Assembly: GCA_963771325.1 (NCBI GenBank)
Contig: CAVYTJ010000004.1
Coordinates: forward strand, 117,174 to 181,173
From: an uncultured delta proteobacterium
GTDB taxonomy: Bacteria; Desulfobacterota; Binatia; Binatales; Binataceae
Direction of reading: 5' to 3'
DNA: 64,000 nt
The notes beneath the pieces are model-generated. The model was given only the letters and a program-made list of their open reading frames with translations, did not search any database and was not told the DNA's origin. The translations under genes and the position numbers were made by a program. Shown in pieces: positions 9,651 to 18,652 of this stretch; the stretch's first letter is position 1; every line of letters begins with the position of its first letter.

Positions 9651-10772
9651 CTATGCGAGTTCACGCAGGCGCGGCTCGACGTCGCGCGCGAAGCGATCGA
9701 TCCCTCTAACGGTCTCGCGATGGTCCAGGAACCCCGCCTGCCCCATCAGCAGCAGATGGCCGTAGCCGCCGACGTGCTCGTAGTGCGCTTTGATCTGCTT
9801 GAAAACGGAATCCGGATTGCCGGCGAATACGATCCCCTGTGCCATCGCCTGCTCCAGCGTGAGACGGCTGAAGTCGTAGAGCGAGCCCTTGCGCATCGCG
9901 TTCGCCTCGGCCTCGACCGGCACGTACCCGGGCGGCATCACGAACTGCGGCGGGACTTTGTTCGCGTGCATGTACCACATCAGTTTGCGCGCGCCGGCCT
10001 GACCCTGCTCGTCGGTGTCGCCGGTGTAGACCAGCGCCGCGTAAGCCAGGCGGTCCGACGGCGTGTCGCGGCCCAGCCGCGCTGCCGCGTCGCGGTAGGA
10101 ATCGAAAATTCTCTTTGCGATCTCGAACCCGGTTAGAAAAGTCGCGACCACGTAGCCCCTTTCCGCAACCGCCGGCACGCTGCCCGCGCTAAGGGCGGTT
10201 ATCCACACGGGAGGATGCGGCTGCTGATATGGGCGCGGCCAGATGTTGACCTGGCGATGATGAAAAAAGCGGCCCTCCCAGCTAAACGGCCCGTCGTGCG
10301 TCGTCCACGCCTTCAGGATGAGATCGTGCGCCTCCCAAAAGCGCTCGCTCATCCGGAGCGGGTTCGCGTTGCCCGCGGAAATCTCGTAGGGCACGCCGCG
10401 CACGAAGCCGACCTCAATTCGTCCGCGCGCGAGGTTATCTACCATCGCCATCTCCTCGGCGACGCGCACGGGCTGGCGGCGATTGGCGATCGGATTGCCG
10501 AGCAGCAGCAGCCGCGCGCGGCTGGTCTGGCGCGCCAGCACGCCGAGCATGATCGGCGCGGCGGGGTCGAGACAGGTTGCGGTCTGATGATGCTCGTTGA
10601 GCATGAGGTCGAGACCCATGTGCTCGGCGTGCATCCATTCGTCGAGATAGCGATGGTACAGTTCGGCGCCGATGTGCGGATCGTAATGACGATTGGGCAG
10701 CGTCACCCGAATCGAATCGTACTCGTCCGGCAAGTACGGCCACGCGGTCTCGGTGAAGAACCAGGTTCTCAT
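9651..10772 (-). CDS. LLM-class flavin-dependent oxidoreductase
   Basis: NEHHQ, PVRVAEEMAMVD...GRIEVGFVRG, PRPYQQPHPPVW. Confidence 0.9.
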   Translation of the reverse strand: MRTWFFTETAWPYLPDEYDSIRVTLPNRHYDPHIGAELYHRYLDEWMHAEHMGLDLMLNEHHQTATCLDPAAPIMLGVLARQTSRARLLLLGNPIANRRQPVRVAEEMAMVDNLARGRIEVGFVRGVPYEISAGNANPLRMSERFWEAHDLILKAWTTHDGPFSWEGRFFHHRQVNIWPRPYQQPHPPVWITALSAGSVPAVAERGYVVATFLTGFEIAKRIFDSYRDAAARLGRDTPSDRLAYAALVYTGDTDEQGQAGARKLMWYMHANKVPPQFVMPPGYVPVEAEANAMRKGSLYDFSRLTLEQAMAQGIVFAGNPDSVFKQIKAHYEHVGGYGHLLLMGQAGFLDHRETVRGIDRFARDVEPRLRELA

Positions 10773-10774
10773 GG

Positions 10775-11582
10775 TCAGCCGCTCGCGGCGCCCCGCTCGC
10801 GCGTGAACGCGAGTATCCGCTCCACGAGCGCGCGCGGCTGCTCGATTTGCGGGGCGTGTCCGGCCTCGGCGATCGTTTCGATCCGCGCGCCGGGAATCGC
10901 CGCGCGGTAAGCTTCAAGATATTGCCCGCTTACGAGCCCGTCGCTCGCGCCGCGAATCAGCAGGACCGGCAGTTTGAGCCGTCCAATCCGATAGCGCAGC
11001 TTGGGGTTATGCATGTAGGGCTCCCAGGTATAGAGCGCGAGCGATTGGCGGTTGCGCGCGATTATCCTTAGCTGCTCGTCGGACATCGCGGCGTAGTTGA
11101 CCGCGGCCTTTCGCGGATCGTGGTAGACCAGCCGCGTCACCTCCTCGGGCGGCAGCGCGAAGATGTCCGGGATGTCGCGCGTCTCGCGATCGCCGGCCTT
11201 GATTCCAACCGCGCCGACCAGGATCAGGCGGGAGAGCCGATCGGCGCAGCGCACCGCGACCTCGGCCGCGATCCATCCGCCCAGCGAAAAGCCCACGAGC
11301 GTCACGTCGCGCAGATCGAACTGCTCGAGCAGATCGAGATAGACGTAGGCAAGATCGTCGACGCTGTCGAACAGGTCGGGCAGCGGCGAGTTGCCGAAGC
11401 CGGGATGCGACGGCGCCACGACCTCGAAATGACGCGCGAGAAGTTCGAGGAACTCGGCGTGCGGGTCAGATTCCGCCGGCGCCGTGGAGGAGCAGGAGCA
11501 ACGGACCGGTCCCGCGATGGACGACCTCCAGTTGCAGGCCGCGAACCGCGATTTTCCCGTCGTCGATCTCAAGCCGAGCCAT
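10775..11582 (-). pseudogene. Alpha/beta hydrolase with a +1 frameshift near 11468 (pseudogene or assembly error)
   Basis: ATG at 11582 reads MARLEIDDGKIAVRGLQLEVVHRGTGPLLLLLHGAGGI*; removing one base joins it to DPHAEF...HPGFG...GFSLGG...EAGH. Confidence 0.8.
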
Positions 11583-11721
11583 CGCAAATCTCCAGCGCGA
11601 TCTCTAGCGCACCGTCACGTCTTTGCGAAAGTGCCGGCATCTGCTCGAGAGCCCCGGCATTGCGGCGATTGAACGCGTCGCAGGATGCCCCGATAATCGC
11701 TGCGGGAAGAAGGAGACGTTG

Positions 11722-12951
11722 ATGCGAACGAGACACGCGACCTTGGCGATGATTGGGATCATGATTGGGACTTTGCTCGCCGCGACTTTGTGGGCCGCGG
11801 GCCCAACGGCCGCCCATGCCGAGGACGTGCCGCTTGGCAGTTCGTTGCCGTTGGAGAGCGTGATGCTGGTCGCCGGATGGCCGTCGGCGGGGCCGTTCAT
11901 CCCGGTGATTGGCGACGGCATCGCGCATCTCGCCTACGAGTTCTACCTGACCAACTACAGCAAAAAGCCCGCCCGGATCCTGTCACTTAGAGTTCGCGGG
12001 ATCGGCGGCGCGGCCTTCGCGACCACGATCGAAGGCGATGCGCTCAAGTCCTCGTTCACGCCCGCGGCGCCGCAAAGCCGCCTGGAGGCTTACGATCCCG
12101 TCCTGGCGCCGGGCGCGAGCGGAATGCTTTTCGTCTTTCCCGATTTTTCCGGCCGCGAGACGCCGCAGCGCCTTGAGAACTCGATCGTGGTAGAGGCCGA
12201 CGGCGAACCAAAGAACGCGCAGTGGATCCCACTAGGCGAAGTTGCGATCAGAAAGACCGGCGCCGCCCTGATCGACGAACCGTTCACGGGCAATCGATGG
12301 CTCGCCGCGAACGCGCCGTCCAACAAGTCAATCCATCGGCGCGCGGTTATCGTGCTCAACGGCAAGCCGCGATCGCCGGAACGCTACGCGATCGATTGGA
12401 TAAAGCTCGGCGACGACGGCAATAGTTACACCGGCGATCAGTACAAGAATTCCAGCTACCACGCCTACAACCTGCCGATACTGGCCGTCGCCGACGGAAA
12501 AATCGTAACAGTCAAAGACGGCCTTCCGGAAAACGTTCCGCACACCGAAAAACTCGCGGTCGCGATGACTCTCGCGAACATCGCCGGCAACCACGTCGTC
12601 GAGGATATCGGCGGCGGGCTATACGCGGGCTATGCGCACTTTATTCCGGGCTCCATCACGGTCAAAGCCGGCGATCGGGTTCGTCGCGGACAGGTCCTCG
12701 GACGTCTCGGCAATTCCGGCAATTCCTCCGAGCCGCATCTCCATCTGCAGGTCTGCGACGCGCCGTCGTTTCTGATTTGTGAGGGCGTGCCGATGGAGTT
12801 CAAGCGGATGAGCCTGACGAAGTATCACATCCAGAAACGCGGCGAGACGCCAATCAAGCTCGAGGTCGAGGGCACCCACGACGTATCCGGGGAAGGGCCG
12901 ATGGAAGACGAGCTGGCGAGTTTTCCCGCGACGAATCCGTCCGCGAAATAA
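11722..12951 (+). CDS. Secreted M23-family metallopeptidase
   Basis: AGGAG RBS, signal peptide, RYAID, YAHF, GNSGNSSEPHLH. Confidence 0.87.
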   Translation: MRTRHATLAMIGIMIGTLLAATLWAAGPTAAHAEDVPLGSSLPLESVMLVAGWPSAGPFIPVIGDGIAHLAYEFYLTNYSKKPARILSLRVRGIGGAAFATTIEGDALKSSFTPAAPQSRLEAYDPVLAPGASGMLFVFPDFSGRETPQRLENSIVVEADGEPKNAQWIPLGEVAIRKTGAALIDEPFTGNRWLAANAPSNKSIHRRAVIVLNGKPRSPERYAIDWIKLGDDGNSYTGDQYKNSSYHAYNLPILAVADGKIVTVKDGLPENVPHTEKLAVAMTLANIAGNHVVEDIGGGLYAGYAHFIPGSITVKAGDRVRRGQVLGRLGNSGNSSEPHLHLQVCDAPSFLICEGVPMEFKRMSLTKYHIQKRGETPIKLEVEGTHDVSGEGPMEDELASFPATNPSAK

Positions 12952-12981
12952 CGGCCGACACGGCCGGATGGCGCGCCGCGT

Positions 12982-13959
12982 CTACCAGCGCAGCAGATTG
13001 GCGCCCCAGGTCAGACCGCCGCCGCACGCGTTGAGCATCACGAGATCGTTGTCGCGGATGCGGTTCGCCTCCAGCGCCTCGTCCAGCGCAATCGGCACCG
13101 AGGCCGCCGAGGTGTTGCCGTAGCGGTCGATATTCGTGAAAACCTTGTCCTGCGGCACGCCCAGCCGATCGGCGACCGCGTTGAGGATGCGGATGTTAGC
13201 CTGGTGCGGCACGATGAGCGTGATGTCGTCCAGGCGCACGCCGGCGCGCTCGGCCACCTTGAGCGTGACGTCGGCCATCGAGCGCACCGCGAGCTTGAAC
13301 AGCTCCGGCCCCTTCATCTTGATCGCGTCGTCGGGCGAGCGCCGCATCTCGGAGTCCAGCGTCGCGCGCACTCCCGTCGCGCGCACCGAGAGCAGGTGCC
13401 AGTACTCGCCCGAGGAACGCAGCAGACTCCCGAGCACGCCGCGCGGCCCCGGCTCGGAAACCATCACCGCCGCCCCGGCGCCATCGCCGAACAGCACCGA
13501 GACCGCGCGGTCGTTCCAATCCACCATAGTCGAGAGCGCGTCGGTGCCGACCAGCAGCACGCGCGAGTAGTCGCCGACGCGCATCGCGTTGTCGGCGACG
13601 TTGAGCGCGTAAACGAAGCCCGAGCAGGCGGCGGCTACGTCGTAGGCCGGGATCGTATCGATCCCCAGGCGATGCTGAAGCTGGCAGGCGAACGAAGGAA
13701 ACCCGTACTCCGAGGAGACCGTACCGACGATGATCGCGTCAAGCTCGGAGGTCTTGAGGCCGGCGCGCTCGAGCGCGATGGTGCTGGCGGCGGCGGCGAT
13801 ATCGACTAGCGATTCGCCGCTGGACATCACGTAGCGCCGTCCGATTCCGGTGCGCGTGCGAATCCACTCGTCGGAGGTGTCGACGATTCGCGCCAGCTCA
13901 TGATTGGTAACCGCGGCGCGCGGCAATGCGCGCCCGGTCGCGACGATTCGCGATCCCAT
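12982..13959 (-). CDS. fabH: 3-oxoacyl-ACP synthase III
   Basis: DTSDEWIRTRTGI, AACSGF, LFGDGAGA, PHQANIRI, GNTSAAS. Confidence 0.95.
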   Translation of the reverse strand: MGSRIVATGRALPRAAVTNHELARIVDTSDEWIRTRTGIGRRYVMSSGESLVDIAAAASTIALERAGLKTSELDAIIVGTVSSEYGFPSFACQLQHRLGIDTIPAYDVAAACSGFVYALNVADNAMRVGDYSRVLLVGTDALSTMVDWNDRAVSVLFGDGAGAAVMVSEPGPRGVLGSLLRSSGEYWHLLSVRATGVRATLDSEMRRSPDDAIKMKGPELFKLAVRSMADVTLKVAERAGVRLDDITLIVPHQANIRILNAVADRLGVPQDKVFTNIDRYGNTSAASVPIALDEALEANRIRDNDLVMLNACGGGLTWGANLLRW

Positions 13960-13963
13960 CTTC

Positions 13964-15229
13964 TTACTTCCCGCTAAGTTCAACCGCGGGCTTGAAGGCC
14001 AGCGTAGTGTTGGTGCCACCGAACCCGAACGAATTGTTCAGCGCGATCCGAATCTTCGCGGGCCGCGGCTGATTGGGCACGTAGTCGAGGTCGCATTCCG
14101 GGTCGGGATGCTCGTAGTTGATCGTCGGCGGCACCATCCCGCGCGCGATCGCCAGCACCGTGTAGACCGATTCGATCGCGCCGGCCGCACCCAGCGTATG
14201 GCCGGTCATCGACTTGGTCGAGCTCACTGCGATTTTTGCCGCGCGTTCGCCGAACACATGCTTGATCGCCTGGGTTTCGGCGACGTCGCCTTGCGGCGTC
14301 GAGGTCCCGTGCGCGTTGATGTAATCGACCTGGTTGGGATCGAGTTCGCCGTCCTGCAGGCACAGCATCATGCAGCGCCCGGCGCCCTGCCCTTCCGGCG
14401 ACGGCGAGGTCATATGATAGGCGTCGCCGTTGGCGGCGTACCCGGCGATCTCGGCCAGGATGTTGGCGCCGCGCGAAATTGCCGCTTCGCGCTCTTCGAG
14501 GATCAACGACGCGGCGCCCTCGGACATCACGAAGCCGTCGCGCTCGGCGTCGAAGGGGCGGCTCGCGGCTTCGGGCGCGTCGTTGCGGGTCGACAGCGCG
14601 CGCATCGCGATGAAGCCGCCGATGCCAAGCGAGGTCAGCGCCGCTTCGGAGCCGCCGGTGATCGCGGCGTCGATGTAGCCGTCACGGATCATCCGGTAGG
14701 CTTCACCTACCGCGTGACTGCCGGAGGCGCACGCGCTAGTGGTGGCGAGGTTGATGCCGCGCGCGCCGTAGCGAATCGCAATCTGCCCCGGCGCCAGATT
14801 GCTGATCAGTTTGGGGATGAAAAACGGCGTGATGCGTTTGAGCCGGGTGTCGAGAAACAGCAGATGATTTTCCTCGATCGTCAAGAGTCCGCCGATTCCG
14901 ACCCCGACCAGCACGCCGACGCGGTCGGCGTTGCTCTCGTCGATCTTGAGCGCCGACTGGCGCATCGCCTGCTCGGCCGCACCCAACGCGTACTGGATAA
15001 AGAGGTCCATCTTCTTGACGTCCTTCTTCTCGATCCAGTCATGGGGGTCGAAGTCACGCACTTCGCCCGCGATCCGGGCGGCGAAGTCGGAAACGTCGAA
15101 GCGGGTTATCGGGCCGATGCCCGAGCACCCAGCCATCAGGGCTTCCCAGTTCTTCTCGATCCCCGTGCCTAGCGGCGTGACCAAGCCTAAGCCGGTCACC
15201 ACCACGCGGCGATCACCGATGCGTCTCAT
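13964..15229 (-). CDS. fabF: 3-oxoacyl-ACP synthase II
   Basis: RRVVVTGLG, TSACASG, NAHGTST, KSMTGHTLGAAG, NNSFGFGGTN. Confidence 0.96.
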   Translation of the reverse strand: MRRIGDRRVVVTGLGLVTPLGTGIEKNWEALMAGCSGIGPITRFDVSDFAARIAGEVRDFDPHDWIEKKDVKKMDLFIQYALGAAEQAMRQSALKIDESNADRVGVLVGVGIGGLLTIEENHLLFLDTRLKRITPFFIPKLISNLAPGQIAIRYGARGINLATTSACASGSHAVGEAYRMIRDGYIDAAITGGSEAALTSLGIGGFIAMRALSTRNDAPEAASRPFDAERDGFVMSEGAASLILEEREAAISRGANILAEIAGYAANGDAYHMTSPSPEGQGAGRCMMLCLQDGELDPNQVDYINAHGTSTPQGDVAETQAIKHVFGERAAKIAVSSTKSMTGHTLGAAGAIESVYTVLAIARGMVPPTINYEHPDPECDLDYVPNQPRPAKIRIALNNSFGFGGTNTTLAFKPAVELSGK

Positions 15230-15457
15230 CTAAGCGCGATGCTCCTAAAGTAGGTAGTCGTGACGTTCCATCTTGTATCAAAAGCCGCGTCAGTTCTACA
15301 TCATCTCCCGCATCATCATCGACAGCTCCATGAACAGCCATTGACAAACGCCCAGGCGCGTCCGCCGCGCCTCGATTCGGCCCATTTTCGCCAACCAACC
15401 GGGTTGGCATCTTCGAGTTACCTTGCAACGCAGCCGCGATGGGTAAAAAATTGAGCC

Positions 15458-15826
15458 GTGTCCTCCGATAATCTATCGCTCGATCCGTTCCTCAAACTCG
15501 CGGAGAACCTGGGCGAACTCGAAGTCACGATCGGCGATCGCGCGCGGCCAGCCGTCGTCGAACTCCGCCAGCGCCTGCGCGCGGCGGCGGCCAGCCGTGA
15601 GCGCGGCGACCTGCCGGGCTCGCTGGAGCAACTCAAGAGCGCGATGGAGCGCCTGGCGGCGATCGCGGGCGAACTCGATCCAGAAGAGGGCGCGTTGATG
15701 CGGATGGTGGCGCAACGCTTCACCGAGGCGCTGAAGCTCGGAGACAAGGGTACGGCCAAGGAAGTCGTCAACCTGATGCGGCACAAGTCCGGCGACCCCA
15801 AGGACGAAGACAGCTCCAAGTGGTGA
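15458..15826 (+). CDS. Hypothetical alpha-helical protein
   Basis: 122-aa ORF with native-looking codon usage and amphipathic heptad pattern; GTG start. Confidence 0.7.
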   Translation: MSSDNLSLDPFLKLAENLGELEVTIGDRARPAVVELRQRLRAAAASRERGDLPGSLEQLKSAMERLAAIAGELDPEEGALMRMVAQRFTEALKLGDKGTAKEVVNLMRHKSGDPKDEDSSKW

Positions 15827-15960
15827 GTCGCCGCGCGGCGGCGTCTCGCGCGCGGCCTGAGTAAAGACGCAAGACAAAAACCCTGAAAGACAAAACTCCT
15901 GTAAAGATAAAAACGCTGGCGGCCGCCGGCGCGGCCGTCCTGACAACAATCGGAGTTAAC

Positions 15961-16140
15961 GTGGCGACCGCAACTCAAATTAAAGCCCCGGATTCGAATC
16001 TCGATCAACTTTGCATCAACTCGATCAGGGTGCTCGCGATCGACGCGGTGCTGAAAGCCAACTCGGGCCATCCCGGAATGCCGATGGGCTTCACGGTGGA
16101 GAACGTGGTGGACCACGCGCTCAAGCTGCTCGCGCGGTGA
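15961..16140 (+). pseudogene. tkt: Transketolase remnant: N-terminus fused in frame to the extreme C-terminus (59 aa)
   Basis: GGAG RBS and GTG start; [43 protein letters not shown] then directly [16 protein letters not shown]. Confidence 0.85.
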
Positions 16141-16167
16141 ACCTGGGGATTCGACGCGTTCGAGAGT

Positions 16168-16620
16168 TTAGCCCGCGGAATGTCGCTCTCGACGTGCGAG
16201 ACGCGCGTCACTGCCCATGGTTAGAAACGCCCCCGGGTCGACGCCGAAACGCGTAGCGAGAGCCTGAATTTGACGAACGTTAAGTGCCCTGCGCCCGGCG
16301 AGTATTTCGGAAACGACGCCCTGGCTGCCGAGTTCAGGAAGATCCTTTTGCGTCAGTCCGTGTTCCTCCATCAAGAAACGGATGACCTCGATACTCGAAG
16401 CTTCAGGCAGGCTGTGATGCTCCCTGTCGTACGCCTCGATGAGCACGCTCAGGGTTTCGATCAGACGATAGCGCGGGTCTTTCGGATTGTCGCCAACCTC
16501 GTTCACCAGTGAGTTGAGGCGCTCGACAGCCGCGTCGTACTCGCGCTCAGTGCGGATCGCGAGGAACGGCTCTCGCGATCCGGGATTCTTCATCGGGTTA
16601 ACGGCGGCTCGAGGCTTCAT
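16168..16620 (-). CDS. higA: HigA-type HTH antitoxin
   Basis: IRTEREYDAA...LIEAYD...LMEEHGLTQKDL...GSQGVVSEILAGRRALNVRQI; ATGA overlap with the toxin stop codon. Confidence 0.9.
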   Translation of the reverse strand: MKPRAAVNPMKNPGSREPFLAIRTEREYDAAVERLNSLVNEVGDNPKDPRYRLIETLSVLIEAYDREHHSLPEASSIEVIRFLMEEHGLTQKDLPELGSQGVVSEILAGRRALNVRQIQALATRFGVDPGAFLTMGSDARLARRERHSAG

Positions 16621-16916
16621 TTTTCCCACCTTCCGGCATCGTATTCCGGATGCGTTAATATATGGCGCACGAACAACCTTTGCGTGTTGAAATGTACGGC
16701 TGCGACTAAACGGTATTTGTTCCCGCCGATATTGAAAATATGAAGGTCGCAGCCTTTAGTTCGAAGCAGATCCACGCTGGCGAATGTCCATTTCAACTCC
16801 GCGAAACTGCGGAAGCGGCCGCGTCGCACCAGCTTTAGCCACGCACCGAGGGGCGCTGCTGCATCAGCATGCTCTTTCGTAAATTCCCGCAGCGCCTTCT
16901 GCGAGATTACGTGCAC
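16617..16916 (-). CDS. higB: HigB mRNA interferase toxin
   Basis: MHVISQKALREF...FNIGGNKYRLVAAVHF...ILTHPEYD. Confidence 0.92.
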   Translation of the reverse strand: MHVISQKALREFTKEHADAAAPLGAWLKLVRRGRFRSFAELKWTFASVDLLRTKGCDLHIFNIGGNKYRLVAAVHFNTQRLFVRHILTHPEYDAGRWEK

Positions 16917-17023
16917 GGATTGTTACGCTATCTCATTTTGAGATATATCGCAAGGACGTCTGGCGCGGGTGGCGTGCTTTGGGCTAATTTAATTTTCTCG
17001 TAACACCACTTCAGCGGATTGCC

Positions 17024-17767
17024 ATGGCCGAACCCAAGCTCATCATCCTGGACGACGCGCAGTCGCTCTACGTGCACGCGGCGGAGGAGATCGCGCACTT
17101 TGCCGGCGAAGCGATCTGCATGCATGCCGAATTCATGCTGTGTCTCTCCGGGGGATCGACGCCCGCGGCGACTTACTCGCTGTTGGCCGAGCGCTTCCGC
17201 CTGAGCGTCGATTGGAAAGAGGTGCAGTTCTTCTGGGGCGACGAGCGATGCGTGCCGCCGGATGATCCGGAGAGCAATTTCGGGATGGCCAACCGCACGC
17301 TGCTGAGCCGGCTCGGGCTACGGCCGGACCAGATCCATCGGATACGCGGCGAAGACCCGCCCGAGCAGGCCGCGCTCGCTTACGAGGAAGAGTTGCGAGC
17401 GTCTTTCGGGATCGGCGAGGGCGAATTTCCGCGCTTCGACCTGACGCTCGTGGGCCTCGGCGACAACGTTCACGTCGAGTCGCTGTTTCCGGGAAGTCCG
17501 GCGCTCCATGAGCGCGAGCGTATCGCGGTCGCGGTCGAGGTCGACGCGCCGCAGCGCCATCGCGTAACGATCACGCCGCCGGTGGTGAACAACTCGGCCC
17601 GCGTGATGTTCCTGGTGCAGGGCGCGGGCAAAGCCGCGGCGGTAAAGAGCGCGCTCGAGGGTCCGCGCGACCCCGACCGCTATCCCGCGCAGATCATCGA
17701 TCCGCCCCATGGCGAAGTCATCTGGCTGCTCGACCGCGCGGCCGCCTCCCTGCTCTCGCATACCTGA
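17024..17767 (+). CDS. pgl: 6-phosphogluconolactonase
   Basis: LSGGSTP, FWGDERCVPPDDPESN, FDLTLVGLG, GAGKA, PAQ. Confidence 0.93.
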   Translation: MAEPKLIILDDAQSLYVHAAEEIAHFAGEAICMHAEFMLCLSGGSTPAATYSLLAERFRLSVDWKEVQFFWGDERCVPPDDPESNFGMANRTLLSRLGLRPDQIHRIRGEDPPEQAALAYEEELRASFGIGEGEFPRFDLTLVGLGDNVHVESLFPGSPALHERERIAVAVEVDAPQRHRVTITPPVVNNSARVMFLVQGAGKAAAVKSALEGPRDPDRYPAQIIDPPHGEVIWLLDRAAASLLSHT

Positions 17768-17844
17768 CCCTGCAGCGCCCTGGGCATTAGCAGTCCATGA
17801 CTGCGCTTGGGGCTGTCTCGACAGCCCCGCACAGCTAACGCACA

Positions 17845-18483
17845 ATGATGAGCATGAGCTTCATCTCGCGCCATGCGATCGGGGTCCTGGTCGTTCTGGT
17901 CATCGCCGGGTGGGCGCTGTTCTACGTTCCGACCACGCCGTCCTACGCCGTCTATCAGCTCAAGCAGGCGATCGACGCGCGCGACGGCGCAACCGCCGCG
18001 ACCTTCGTCGACTTTCCGAGCGTGGTCAAGAACGCCGGCTACGAGATGCTGCAGCAGAACTCGCAGGCGAACGACGTTATCACCGCGCTGGTCGGCAAGG
18101 GTGCGGTCGACCTGCTGAGCGCGCCGATGGCCATGGCGGTGCAGCAATGGGCCACGCAACAGGTGAATAGCGGCGCGCGGCAGGTTCAGATGCCGGCCGC
18201 GGCAGTGGCGGGCGCGCTGGTTCTGCTCCATCGCTCGGGCGATGCGGCGTGGACCGATTTCCGCGACGACAAGGGCGTGCAATGGAACATCCGCCTGGCG
18301 CGCGCGAACGGCCGCTGGCGAATTGTCGAGGTCAAGAACGTCCAGCAGATCCTGCAGCGCTTCCAGCAGCAGCATGGAATGGGCGGTGCGCCATCGATGC
18401 CGCCGGAAATGGGTGGCGCTCCCGGCGCCGCTCCGCCTTCCGAAGCCGCGCCCGAAGGCGGCGGCACGCCCACGTCGCCTTAG
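17845..18483 (+). CDS. Membrane-anchored protein, DUF2939-like
   Basis: N-terminal TM, TPSYAVYQLKQAIDARD...FVDFPSV, C-terminal WRIVEV, Pro-rich tail. Confidence 0.65.
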   Translation: MMSMSFISRHAIGVLVVLVIAGWALFYVPTTPSYAVYQLKQAIDARDGATAATFVDFPSVVKNAGYEMLQQNSQANDVITALVGKGAVDLLSAPMAMAVQQWATQQVNSGARQVQMPAAAVAGALVLLHRSGDAAWTDFRDDKGVQWNIRLARANGRWRIVEVKNVQQILQRFQQQHGMGGAPSMPPEMGGAPGAAPPSEAAPEGGGTPTSP

Positions 18484-18652
18484 CGCTTCTCGCCAGTCCG
18501 CGCGCGGGCGCAATCAATAATGGCGCGTTAGCAATCTTAACTATCGCTTAACCATCGCCCGCGCAGGGGCGCGTTTACAGCGCGGTCGGCGGCAGGTACA
18601 CTGAGGGCTGGCGCGGCCGCATAGGCCGCGCCGTTTAATATAAAGCCCTTAG

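Noticed and set aside
11466-11468. Selenocysteine read-through at the TGA in the first hydrolase
   Set aside because: Homology continues in a different frame, so it is a frameshift and not an in-frame UGA
15230-15457. Hidden acpP upstream of fabF
   Set aside because: No frame with a DSL phosphopantetheine motif seen; the region looks like a divergent promoter (TTGACA at 15341)
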